Positions 29,629-39,208 of a stretch of 64,000 nt of DNA are shown here, one piece after another. The notes under the pieces were generated by a model, which had not been told where the DNA came from, did no database searches, and saw nothing but the letters and a program-made list of their open reading frames with translations. Where the stretch lies: contig CALSNU010000006.1 in assembly GCA_943787795.1 (NCBI GenBank), positions 384,001 to 448,000 on the forward strand. Reading direction: 5' to 3'. Each line of letters begins with the position of its first letter. Position 1 is the first letter of the stretch. Source of the DNA: an uncultured bacterium (GTDB lineage Bacteria > Planctomycetota > UBA1135 > GCA-002686595). Position numbers and translations under genes: made by a program.

Positions 29629-30297
29629 CTACTCGATCGGGATCTGCACCTCGTTGCGCCGAAGGAACGGGATCGTCCACGGCGGGTCGTAGGCGGCTGA
29701 GCGCGGGGCGTCGGTCGCCACGAGGCCCCTCTCCGACATCCACGCCCGCAGGCGTTCGGTCTGCTCCTCGATCTTCCGGGTCGAGCGGAGACCCGAGTAG
29801 CGCACCACCGCGACCTTGAGGCCCCTCGCACGGGCCAGCTCGACGGTCGGGTCGGTCGGCACGGGTAAGGTCTCCATGGTGTACTCGCGCGGCAGCACGA
29901 AGGTCTGAACCCAGGTGCCCTCGGCGGACTCCTCCTGGAAGACCGGGGTGGTCATCGCGATCGACTCGCTCTCCGATGCCCCCGACGACTTGAGCTCTTC
30001 CTGGAGCACCGGCGTGGTCATCGCGACGCTGTCGCGGGTGACGTTCTTGCCGAAGATGTAGCCCCCCAGGCGCCGGAAGGCGGCGCTGCCCGCCTCGCTC
30101 ATGTCGCCCCTTGTGACCGTCCGCGCGACGAGCGCGTCCTCGTACTGGCGCACCTCAAACTTGCCGTCGTCGAGGAGAAGCTCGTACGCCGCCTCCTCGT
30201 AGCCAGAGCGGATACCGAAGATGGAGCCGCCCCCGAGCAGGCCCCCCACAAGCGCCGCACCGAGCGCCCCGAGGCCGAATTTGGTTCGTTTCTTCAT
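29629..30297 (-). CDS. SOUL heme-binding protein
   Basis: FEVRQY, AFRRLGGYIFGKN, two AMTTPV motifs and YDPPWTIPFLRRNEV. Confidence 0.9.
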   Translation of the reverse strand: MKKRTKFGLGALGAALVGGLLGGGSIFGIRSGYEEAAYELLLDDGKFEVRQYEDALVARTVTRGDMSEAGSAAFRRLGGYIFGKNVTRDSVAMTTPVLQEELKSSGASESESIAMTTPVFQEESAEGTWVQTFVLPREYTMETLPVPTDPTVELARARGLKVAVVRYSGLRSTRKIEEQTERLRAWMSERGLVATDAPRSAAYDPPWTIPFLRRNEVQIPIE

Positions 30298-30470
30298 GGA
30301 GAATTCCCCCAGGGGGGGGTCGCCGGATCAGCAGACTAAGGGAGGGGGTGGACCGGGCGATGACCAGACCTGAGGTCCCGGAGCACCGCGCTGTAAGAGC
30401 TGAGATCTGGAGGGCCAGGGACCCGCGACCTGCGTGGGGCGGACGCGGTCGAAGGGGAGGCCGAGGCGAC

Positions 30471-30500
30471 GGCCGAGGGAGTCTTCCGCCTCCCTCGGCC
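30471..30500. other. Perfect 11-bp-stem hairpin between the kinase-like and SOUL genes
   Basis: ggccgagggag-tcttccgc-ctccctcggcc. Confidence 0.55.
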
Positions 30501-30571
30501 TGGACCCGCTGGAGAATCTGGACACCGAGAGCCGGCCACGCGCCGGGCGCCCTCCGCCCACCAGAGCGCCT

Positions 30572-31156
30572 CTACCGAAGCCTTGACCGCGCCCTGTTCT
30601 TCAGCGCCCTCAGGGGCTGTCCAACGCTCCTGATCCCGTTGATCGTCGTGAGGAGGATCTTCTCGGCGCGGGAGAGGCCCTGCGGATGAAACTCGCCGAT
30701 CAAACGGTAGACGTGATAGCGCGTGACGATCTTCGCAATCTGCCAGACCGGGGAAGCCTCAAGGCTCCGGAGGGAGACCCTCTCGAAGTCCGTCATCCCG
30801 AGCCGGCCGGAACTCGAGACGAGAAGGTCTCGAAGGGGCATGGCGTGCCGAGCGACGCCTCTGGCCAGCAGCTGATCGACGAGTCCGCGGAGCTGTACCA
30901 ACTCGTCCTCACCGAGCGACGTCGGCGTACCGCCCGGGAGCCGCGTCATCTCCACCGTGAGGCTCTGCTCATCGAACGAGAGCAGCTGCGGAAATCCCTC
31001 CGAGCCAAGGAGCCGCTCCAGAGCGCGCCGCTCACAGGAGAAGCGGGCCTCGGCCTTGCGGCTCTGCTTGAAGGTCTTCCTGACCGTGGCCTCGTCGATC
31101 CGCACGTGCATCTTCCCCGTCTCGTAGACGCCGTCGCGGACCTGCTTGTGCTTCAC
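30572..31156 (-). CDS. Small protein-kinase-like (RIO/Kdo-kinase-like fold) protein
   Basis: VRKTF, ERRALERL, FPQLL, degenerate catalytic loop RHAMPLRDLL and TDFE. Confidence 0.6.
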   Translation of the reverse strand: MKHKQVRDGVYETGKMHVRIDEATVRKTFKQSRKAEARFSCERRALERLLGSEGFPQLLSFDEQSLTVEMTRLPGGTPTSLGEDELVQLRGLVDQLLARGVARHAMPLRDLLVSSSGRLGMTDFERVSLRSLEASPVWQIAKIVTRYHVYRLIGEFHPQGLSRAEKILLTTINGIRSVGQPLRALKNRARSRLR

Positions 31157-31851
31157 CCGCAGAGCCTAACGGCTTCGACTTCCGCCCGACCATCAGGCCA
31201 GGACGTATGCGAAGCAGGCCGCCACTCAGACCCTGCAACAGGCGGAAGCGTGGCGGCTTAGGTGGATCACGGGACCTCGCCGCATCGCTGGCAGCGGACG
31301 CCTGGTCGCCCAAGCGGTGGAATGGAGGACCATGCGACCGCTCGGCGCCTCCTTGCCTGCACCGGCCCTCACTGCCCCTCCCGGCCCCTCCCGGCCCTCC
31401 TCGCCCCTCCCCGGCTCTCCTCGGCCCCCTGACTTCCCCCTGGCTCCGACCCGTAGCGGCCCTCGCGTGCCACCGGGACCCGCACCGACACGAGGGTGCC
31501 GATCTCAGCTCCGCGGGTCTCCACTCGAGGTCGCGCACCGCCCGAATCACGGACGAAGCCCGACCCATTGGCCATCCTTCGACGGCGAGGTCGAGGGCCT
31601 CGGTGACGCCCGTCGAGGCTCCCGACAGATCTTGAGCGCTTGAGGCCCACCGAACCTCCCCACCCAACGGGTAGCTTGGTACTCTCTGCCGCCGCTTCAA
31701 CCTCAGGGAGCTTGCTCGGGGCCTTCTGGCCACCGAGCCATGTCCGGCTCTACCGGTCCCAGGCCGCCGGGCTGCTACCTTCACGGGCCGGGCTCTCCTT
31801 GCCCCCCTCTTGCCACTCCTCCGTCGCCTACTGGCCCATGGGCCCATATCG

Positions 31852-32313
31852 ATGTCACGGATCACTCGAGTCACCGTCCTGCTGGTCACCCTGGCAGGTG
31901 TAGTGCTCGCGACCTCCTGCGCGAGGCCGAGCCAGGAAGGGGGTAACCCCTCCGACGCCGCGACCGGCCCACTCCCCCCTTCTCTGACCGTGCTGCAAGC
32001 AGAGGGCTGAGGCAACACCGCGAGCGCGGTCGCGCTCGTCGAGACCTACGCCACGGCGCTGGGGCTGGACCTCGAGATCGAGTACGTCACCGTCCGAACG
32101 GAGTCCGACGTTCAGGAGCATCGCTTCCTTGGGAGCCCGACCCTCCGCATCGGTGGCCTTGATATCGATCCATCCGCCCGCGGGAACCAACCGTTCGGGT
32201 TCACATGACGACTCATGGACTGGACGCAGGGTGCGTCAGAAACGAAGGAGATGATCCGCAACGCCTTCGCGGAGGCTGGGTGGCTTCCGCCGTCCGGTGA
32301 CCTGCTGGACTAG
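31852..32313 (+). CDS. Candidate double-selenocysteine thioredoxin-like (FxGSPT family) lipoprotein, 153 aa, Sec53 and Sec119
   Basis: In-frame TGA at 32008-32010 and 32206-32208, true stop TAG at 32311. Readthrough gives ...LQAEG-U-GNT...HRFLGSPTLRIGGLDIDP...FGFT-U-RLM...; a SECIS-like hairpin follows each TGA. Confidence 0.8.
32021..32038 (+). promoter_or_regulatory. Bacterial SECIS-like hairpin for the first UGA
   Basis: CGAGCGC-GGTC-GCGCTCG, starting 10 nt after TGA 32008-32010; GGUC apex as in the E. coli fdhF SECIS. Confidence 0.7.
32220..32239 (+). promoter_or_regulatory. Bacterial SECIS-like hairpin for the second UGA
   Basis: CTG(G)ACGCA-GGG-TGCGTCAG, starting 11 nt after TGA 32206-32208; 5'-side bulge and G-rich apex. 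Confidence 0.7.
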
Positions 32314-32704
32314 GCTCGCCTCGGACCGCCGCCACGCTCGACGGGACCGCGATCGCGCCCCGACGCCCAGCAGATCGCCATCGCTTCGCACGCGCTGGCT
32401 CTCGGTCACGCTCACGGCGAGCGCTGAGCTCCACCTGATTCGCCAGAGCCCCCCCGGCGCCCGCCCCCGTTCCCGGCTCTCTCTCGGCCCGCTCCCGGCC
32501 CCGGCCCAGCAGCCTTGCGGGCGAGCGGCGGCAGGGTCCGCGGCTCACTCGCCAACCGGAGGCCTCGGCGACGCGGAGCGGCGCCTCCGACCTGAGCCTG
32601 CTGCGTGAGGGCATGGACGCCATCGCCGCGCAGCAGGCCGAGCTCGGGTCGCCCAGCGCAAGTCAACGCAAGATGGCTCAGCGAGGGAGCGGCCCGATAA
32701 TGAG

Positions 32705-32735
32705 CGCGGACGCCGACCCATGGTCGGCGTCCGCG
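32705..32735. terminator. Perfect 14-bp-stem hairpin between convergent genes
   Basis: cgcggacgccgacc-cat-ggtcggcgtccgcg, about 50 nt past the S8 peptidase stop. Confidence 0.6.
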
Positions 32736-32782
32736 GCGTGAGTACCACCCGACCTGGCCCCCGTCACCGAGGGACTCGAGGC

Positions 32783-35700
32783 CTACTGAACGCGCAGGAA
32801 GAGATGGTCGATCTCCACCCGCTCCCGACCCCGGTTCCCGCTGGTCCGGTCGGAGTCCCTCACACGGACGCGGATCTCTCCGCCCCCGTGAGACGCGACA
32901 GCCAGCCCGGATTGGTAGCCCGCCGCAGAGGTCGACGGATCGATGACCACAGTGATCGTGGACCAGGAGCCGCCGCCATTCGTGCTGACCTCGAAGAGGA
33001 AGGACTCTCCGTCTCCGGCGTCCACCATGGACCCCATCACGAAGAGGGAGACCGGACCTGCCGGCGCGTTGACCAACCAGACGTGAGAGCCGTAGCTGTA
33101 ACGGTTGGCCGGCTTGCCGCCGCTCTCCCGCTCGGTGAGCGACTGCGTCACTCCATCCGCGGACTGGACATCGACGTAGCTCCCGGAGAGGGCGCCGGCG
33201 CCGGACTGCTCGCCGAAGGGCACGAGGTCCGCGACGCCGACCGAGAACGTCGTCGCCGCGGCGACGTTCGACCAGCCGGAGCTGCCCGCTCCGTTGAACG
33301 CGCGAACCCGGTAGCGATACTCGGTGTCGGCCTGGAGGCCGCTATCCGCGAAGGACGTGCTGTTCGCCGCCAGATTGCCCCCAATCTGCGCCCAGTTGGC
33401 TCCGTCGAGGCTGCGCTCAAGCTCGAAGCCGTCCTCGCTGCTGGATCCATCCGCCCACGAGAGGCCGATCTCCGAGGAGGAGGTGGGCGCCGCGCCGAGT
33501 CCGCTCGGGGCGCCCGGCGGCAACCCTGCTCCGACGCCGGTCACCTCGAAGTACATGTGGTCCACGAAGACCGTGTCCAGGCTCCGGTTGCCGGCGGAGC
33601 GGTTCGAGTCAATGACTCTGACGTACACGGTCCCCACGATGGCGGCCGGCAGCTGGGCGGTCTGGTAGACCTCCGTCGGGCCGGTCTTGGTCACGCTGAA
33701 CATCGTCTGCCAGCTCTGCTGGTCCTGGGAGACCTCGACGCGCCAGACGTCACCGTCCGATGAGTCCGTCCGATAGGCGTTGGCGTGGAAGCTCAAGCCA
33801 GAGCCTGCCGGCAGGGAGAACTGCCAGCGGTGCTCGCCGCGGCTGGTCCGGTTGGCCGGCTTGCCGCCGCTCTCGCGCTCCCTGAGGGACTGATAGACCA
33901 GGTCCGCCGTGCGGGTATTCGAGGCCGTCCCCGTCACCGTGCCGACCACCGGGACGTCCGCCTGGGCGACGGCGATCTCGGTGGACCCGAGGGTCGTCGT
34001 GGCCTGCGCCACGTTGGAGGCCGCCGAATCACCGGCGCCGTTCCTCGCAAAGACGCGATACTGGTAGGTCGTCCCCGGGGCCAGCCCCGAATCCGTCGCG
34101 GAGGAGGCGTTGGCTGGGGCGCTGAGCGCCGCCGTCCAGGTGACCCCGTCCAGGGAGCGCTCCACCACGAAGCTGTCCTCCGAGCTCGAGTTATCGCTCC
34201 AGGCGAGGTCCACGGAGTTCGCCGTCGGGTTCCCCGCCGTGAGGTTGCTGGGCGCGCTCGGGGCCGTCAGGACCTGGACGGTGATGTAGTCCGTCCTCGA
34301 GAGCGCGTCGGAACCACCCGGCCCCGTGATCGACAGTGACACCGTGTAGGTGCCCGCTGCCGTGTACGTGTGAACCGGGGCGCTGACCGTGGCCGTACCG
34401 CCGTCGCCGAAGTCCCAGGTCCGCGTGCCAACGGAGCCGCTGGATTGGTCGGTGAAGGTGACCTCCAGGGGAGCGAAGCCCGTGAGCGGCGTCGCGACAA
34501 ACCCGGCCACCGGGGCGGGCGGGGGACCTGACGTCGCGCCGGTCACCACCAGGGCATAGTCCGCGTCGACGGCCCCCGTCTCCACATGGGTATCCACGAG
34601 GACCTCCGTAGCGATGACCTCCACGCTCCAGGACCCGGCCTCCGGGTTCTGCACGTAGACGTTCTCGACGGTGTCGACCGAGTTGGCGGTGCCGCCCGCG
34701 CTGGACCACATCGAGCCGAGGAGGCCGTTGTTGCCCCAGTAGACCGAGCCCGAGGGCGAGGTCACCTTCAGGTCGAGATTGTTGATCCGGTGCTGCCCGC
34801 TCGAGGTCGTCCCCGGAGGATCGCGGAAGATCATGGTCGCCCTGAGCGCCGGCTCGCCCGCCTCCACGGTCAGCGTGTGGACCGTGCTGCCAAGGGGCGC
34901 GAGGACGTCCGACTCATCGATGACGAAGGTCTTGTCCCGGAGGCTGTAAGCGCCGGCGAGGTCCGGGCGCCCCCAGCCCTGGTGGACGCGGGTCAGGTCT
35001 GCGCCCGTCCCGCTGAAGCTCCACTGGCGCGCCGTGTTGATCAGCAGCGCCTTGGCGGTGGTGTTGTGCGGACGATCGTCGAAGGGGTCCACCGCCGGGG
35101 CAGAGTTCCCGAAGACGCCGTCTCCCCACATTTCCATGAGCATGCCGAGGTGGCCGGCGACGATGGGCGTCGCGCCACTGGTCCCGCCAAAGCTCGAGTA
35201 GTAGTTGCCGCTGGAGTAGCCCCCCGAACCCATGACGTCGGTCGTGAGGGTCGAGTCGTAGAAGCTGGCGAGGTCCGGCTTGATGCGGCCGTCGGCGGCG
35301 GGACCAATGCTCGCGCCAGAGCTCCATGCGTCGTCCGTTTCGTTCAGGGTGTTGTAGTGCCGCACGCCGCCGACGGAGATGACATTCTTCGCCCACGCCT
35401 GCGGGCGCGAGTCCTGGTTCCCGGCATTGGACTGGGACTGCAGGACGCTGAACTTCTCGAAGTCGAACAGGATCTGGTCGAGATCCTGCGAGACGCTCGT
35501 GTAGGCGGTGGTCCGCGAGTTACCCCAGCTGTTGGTCTGGAGGATCGCCCGGAAGCTCCCGGTCGGATCGTCCAGCTCGCGAGTGTGGTTGTAGCGGCTC
35601 CCCGAGAGCCCGTTGTAGTAGGCGGCGATCAGGAGCGCCTCGGGCAGGACGCCACGCGCCGAGGCGTTCCCCGCCCCAGAGCCAGCGACGATACCGGAGC

Positions 35701-36706
35701 ACGCTGTGCCGTGGTTTCCCACGACCATGGAGCCGTGCACCACGTGGTTCGCGAGGTCGGGGTGCGTCAGGTCACAGCCGCCGTCCAACACCTCGACTCG
35801 GAGGGAGGAGCCGGTGAGGCCAAGGGTGCTCTCCACGAAGTTGGAGCCGTGGAACTCACGGGCGTTGTTGATGTCCTCTTCCGGTGCGCTCCAGCGATCG
35901 ATCCAGGCCACATCGTCCGAACCAACCAGGTCCGCGAGGGCCTGCGTCGGCACGGTCACCGTCATCAAGTACGTCTCCCTTGAGGTGTCGACCACGCGGC
36001 CTCCGAGGGCCTCCACGACAGCTGCGACCCTGGCCTGGCCAGCCGCGCCGCGGCGGAGGGTCAACAGGTTGACGGTGACCGCGGTCTGCGGGGTGACGTT
36101 CTCGACGATCGGCAGCAGCTCGCGCTCGACCTTGTAGGCCGGGTGATACTCCCGGACTGCGCGTACGAACGGCAGGGACGCGATGATCCGCAGCGAGCGC
36201 GAGTTGGCGGTCACCAGCAGCGCGTGGCGCGGCACCACGCGGTGCACCTCGGCGCCGGCCTGGACGAGCCGCTCCTGGAGAGGCGGTGACGGCGGCACCT
36301 CGAGCTGCACAAGGTGCAGGTTGGACGTAGGGCGCGCCGCGAGGCGAGCGGAGACGGCCGGTTCCCCCTGCAGGGGATCGTGGGCGCCGTAGCGGAGGAG
36401 CAGTTCGTGGCTGATGGGCCGAACGATGTCCCAGGACTCGCCGTCGGGACTCGCGGCGTACCACTGGGCGGTGGAGCCGTCGGTGGCGACCTCTCGCCAG
36501 CGCAGGAACTGAGCGGCCTGGCCCGCGGCGCCGACCGAGCGCACCTGGGAGATCGTGCCCATACAGGTCCGCAGGGCCTCTTGCCCGCCGGAGGTCTCGA
36601 CGCTCAGACGCTGCAGTCCTCCCGGGAGGACCGCGACATCATGGGTCTGGGAAAAGCCGAGGCTGGACAGGAGTCCGAGCGTGATCAGGAGCAAGAGGTT
36701 CTTCAT
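32783..36706 (-). CDS. Secreted S8 subtilase with PKD, FN3 and X-FN3-X C-terminal domains
   Basis: Signal peptide MKNLLLLITLGLL; triad motifs VLDGG, NHGTAC and GGTSGATP; GRIKPD; PKD WDFGDG; two FN3 domains. Confidence 0.9.
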   Translation of the reverse strand: MKNLLLLITLGLLSSLGFSQTHDVAVLPGGLQRLSVETSGGQEALRTCMGTISQVRSVGAAGQAAQFLRWREVATDGSTAQWYAASPDGESWDIVRPISHELLLRYGAHDPLQGEPAVSARLAARPTSNLHLVQLEVPPSPPLQERLVQAGAEVHRVVPRHALLVTANSRSLRIIASLPFVRAVREYHPAYKVERELLPIVENVTPQTAVTVNLLTLRRGAAGQARVAAVVEALGGRVVDTSRETYLMTVTVPTQALADLVGSDDVAWIDRWSAPEEDINNAREFHGSNFVESTLGLTGSSLRVEVLDGGCDLTHPDLANHVVHGSMVVGNHGTACSGIVAGSGAGNASARGVLPEALLIAAYYNGLSGSRYNHTRELDDPTGSFRAILQTNSWGNSRTTAYTSVSQDLDQILFDFEKFSVLQSQSNAGNQDSRPQAWAKNVISVGGVRHYNTLNETDDAWSSGASIGPAADGRIKPDLASFYDSTLTTDVMGSGGYSSGNYYSSFGGTSGATPIVAGHLGMLMEMWGDGVFGNSAPAVDPFDDRPHNTTAKALLINTARQWSFSGTGADLTRVHQGWGRPDLAGAYSLRDKTFVIDESDVLAPLGSTVHTLTVEAGEPALRATMIFRDPPGTTSSGQHRINNLDLKVTSPSGSVYWGNNGLLGSMWSSAGGTANSVDTVENVYVQNPEAGSWSVEVIATEVLVDTHVETGAVDADYALVVTGATSGPPPAPVAGFVATPLTGFAPLEVTFTDQSSGSVGTRTWDFGDGGTATVSAPVHTYTAAGTYTVSLSITGPGGSDALSRTDYITVQVLTAPSAPSNLTAGNPTANSVDLAWSDNSSSEDSFVVERSLDGVTWTAALSAPANASSATDSGLAPGTTYQYRVFARNGAGDSAASNVAQATTTLGSTEIAVAQADVPVVGTVTGTASNTRTADLVYQSLRERESGGKPANRTSRGEHRWQFSLPAGSGLSFHANAYRTDSSDGDVWRVEVSQDQQSWQTMFSVTKTGPTEVYQTAQLPAAIVGTVYVRVIDSNRSAGNRSLDTVFVDHMYFEVTGVGAGLPPGAPSGLGAAPTSSSEIGLSWADGSSSEDGFELERSLDGANWAQIGGNLAANSTSFADSGLQADTEYRYRVRAFNGAGSSGWSNVAAATTFSVGVADLVPFGEQSGAGALSGSYVDVQSADGVTQSLTERESGGKPANRYSYGSHVWLVNAPAGPVSLFVMGSMVDAGDGESFLFEVSTNGGGSWSTITVVIDPSTSAAGYQSGLAVASHGGGEIRVRVRDSDRTSGNRGRERVEIDHLFLRVQ

Positions 36707-37460
36707 GGCAAGCGATATCCCCGGAGAGGCGTCAACACGTCGATAGAACGTACCCGGCTTCCGGGGCGAGCCCCATTTAGGGGTTTTCCCTGGCCACCTC
36801 CGGAGCCGCTGACCGACACGTGCCACGCCGCAAACGCAAGGGCCCTCGTGACGCGAGAGGCCGGCCGCCTCCCCCCTGGGGCCACTCGCTGGCGGATCTA
36901 TGCCGGCCCTGCTCCCCCCGAGCCGTCGGGGAGATTCCTGGACCCAAGCGGCGCTCTTCTTGGAATTGGAGGGGCGATGAGCCCGAATGGAGCTGCGCCA
37001 TACCGGCGGTCCTCGGGGAAGCCGCGGCGTGAGCGCCACCCGTGAAGCGCGGATCGCATGGGGGGTGTCTGCGCCGGGCGTCGCCGCCTCGAGACGCGGT
37101 CATCCATCGCTCGTCGACCCCCTCTCCGCTGATCTCACTCCCGTTCCCGGCCGGGAAACCCTCGCCTCGGAGTCGACTCAAGCTGCGGAGCCCTCCCTTG
37201 TGGGTGGCGTGCTCAGCGCCGATCCACCCGAGGGACCGACACGCCCCGGTGGACAGGCCGAATTGACGCCACCGCGCCGCAGGTCGAAGATGCAAGTCTG
37301 GACGATCGCCTTGATCGCCAGCCTCGATCTTGTGCAGGGGAAGAAGCTCCTCGAGGGTCCGCGAGCCCGACCAACCTCATCTCCTCGGGCCAGCCGAGTC
37401 GTACCGCCAAGCCCACCCTGTGCAGCCAGAAGTCGGCGCAGCGCAGAAGAGTAAAAGGGC

Positions 37461-38195
37461 TTAGACCTGCGGGGGGCCAGCGAGCAGGGCGTCCACGAGC
37501 TCGGGGACGGCCTCGCTGGCGCGGCCTCCAAAGAAGGCGTCCCGTGGATCCAGATTGTCTGGCTCCGCGAGCCCCTGGCAGGCGGTCCAGGCGCCGCTGG
37601 CCCGGGCGTAGCTGAGATAACCCGCGGCCGGGTAGACGGCGCCGCTGGTGCCGATGGCGATGAAGTGGGTCGCGCGAGCCACGGCGGCCTCAATCTCGGG
37701 GAGGTGGTAGGGCATCTCGCCGAACCACACCACGTCAGGCCGCAGGGGCGTCGCGCCGCAGTCGGGGCAGGGGACGAGGACCTCCTCCTCCAGATGCTCA
37801 CGGTCCACGGGCCGGCTCCCGCACACCTCACAGCGCAACCGGGAGAGTTCTCCGTGCATGGGGAGGACGGTGGACCCGGCCCGCTGGTGCAGGTCGTCCA
37901 CGTTCTGGGTCACCAGGGTGAAGCCCTCGCCCCGGCCTGCGAGCTCGCGCTCCAGGCGTACCAGCGCCAGGTGCGCGGCATTGGGTTCCACCGCCGCGAG
38001 GTTCTGGCGACGCAGCTGGTAGAAGCGCCACACCAACCCGCGGTTGGCCTCCCAGGCCTCCGGAGTCGCCACCTCCTCGAAGCGATGGCCCTCCCAGAGG
38101 CCGCCCGCGTCCCGGTAGGTGTCCACGCCGGAGTCCGCCGAGATCCCGGCGCCGGTCAGGACCACCACGTGGCGCTGCGCACCCTCGTCCCCCAT
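37461..38195 (-). CDS. cobB: NAD-dependent protein deacylase (class III sirtuin)
   Basis: GAGISADSG, FYQLRR (YxxR), TQNVDDLH, HG, two CxxC motifs, RPDVVWFGE and GTSGAVYPAA. Confidence 0.9.
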   Translation of the reverse strand: MGDEGAQRHVVVLTGAGISADSGVDTYRDAGGLWEGHRFEEVATPEAWEANRGLVWRFYQLRRQNLAAVEPNAAHLALVRLERELAGRGEGFTLVTQNVDDLHQRAGSTVLPMHGELSRLRCEVCGSRPVDREHLEEEVLVPCPDCGATPLRPDVVWFGEMPYHLPEIEAAVARATHFIAIGTSGAVYPAAGYLSYARASGAWTACQGLAEPDNLDPRDAFFGGRASEAVPELVDALLAGPPQV

Positions 38196-38205
38196 CACGC
38201 CGCCG

Positions 38206-39198
38206 TCACGCTCCCGGCGCGCCCAGGACGCGCCGCAGGTCGCCAAGGTCCAGGTTGCCTCCGCAGACCACCACGCAGTCCTTGCGGCCGTCCGCTGGCC
38301 GGGGGTCCCGGGCCCACACCGCGAGCGCCACCGCCGCTGCGCCCTCGGCGAGGATCCGCTCCTCGCCCAGGAGGCGCAAGAGCCCGGCCTCGATCTCCTC
38401 CTCATCCACCAGCTCCCAGCGGTCCACGAAGTCCCGGCAGGGCGGGAAGGTCACCGAGCCCTCCTCGAGGCCACCGGCCGTCGCGAGGGAGAGGGTCGGG
38501 AGGTGCTCGGTCTCGACGATCTCTCCGGCCGCCACCGAGGCGTGCATCGGGTGGCTGGCCCGGGGCGAGCAGCCGATGACCTCGACCTCTGGCGCCACGT
38601 GCTTCAGCACCGCCGAGACCCCGCCGATCAAGCCGCCGCCGCCCACGGCGATGTACACGCGGCGAAGCGTGGGCAGGTGCTGGAGGAGCTCGACGCCGAG
38701 TGAGCCCTGCCCCGCCATCACCACCGCGTCGTTGTAGGGCGAGACGAAGGTCTCCCCCGAAGCGTCGGCCCGGATCCGGGCAGCTGCCTCGGCCTCTCCG
38801 CATTCGGTTCCCGATCGCACGACGCTGGCGCCCCGTGACGTGATCGCCTGCGCCCGCCCCTCTGGTGTAGGCTCGGGGATCAGCACCGTCGCGGCGACGC
38901 CGGTGAGCGACGCCGCCTGGGCCACCGCCGCGCCGTGGTTCCCCGTGGAGGCGGCGACGACGCCGCGACCGCGCTCCTCCTCGGAGAGAAGCTGGAGCCG
39001 GTGCATGGCGCCTCGAATCTTGAACGAGCCCGTGGGCAGGGCCGACTCCATCTTCAGGAGGAGGCCGCCGCTCGGGTCGAGGCCCAGGGCCTCGCGCATG
39101 GGCGAGGCGTCAAAGTGGCGACGCAGGCCGGCGGCGGCCTGGACGCTCTGCTCGTACATGGTGCGGGCGAGATCTTCCTTGGTCGGTGCGGAGCTCAT
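38206..39198 (-). CDS. PLP-dependent threonine/serine dehydratase-family enzyme
   Basis: TGSFKIRGA, ASTGNHG, SPYND, VGGGGLIGG and CGGN. Confidence 0.85.
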   Translation of the reverse strand: MSSAPTKEDLARTMYEQSVQAAAGLRRHFDASPMREALGLDPSGGLLLKMESALPTGSFKIRGAMHRLQLLSEEERGRGVVAASTGNHGAAVAQAASLTGVAATVLIPEPTPEGRAQAITSRGASVVRSGTECGEAEAAARIRADASGETFVSPYNDAVVMAGQGSLGVELLQHLPTLRRVYIAVGGGGLIGGVSAVLKHVAPEVEVIGCSPRASHPMHASVAAGEIVETEHLPTLSLATAGGLEEGSVTFPPCRDFVDRWELVDEEEIEAGLLRLLGEERILAEGAAAVALAVWARDPRPADGRKDCVVVCGGNLDLGDLRRVLGAPGA

Positions 39199-39208
39199 GC
39201 GAGCGGCA

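Noticed and set aside
31852..32313. Genome-wide UGA reassignment (code 4/25) as the explanation for the in-frame TGAs
   Set aside because: boxC, boxB, tig, clpP and others end at TGA where expected, and Trp is encoded by TGG throughout
36987..37454. 155-aa ORF upstream of the S8 gene (faint Uma2-like PSLVGGVLS)
   Set aside because: Resemblance too weak, and codon usage is unconvincing
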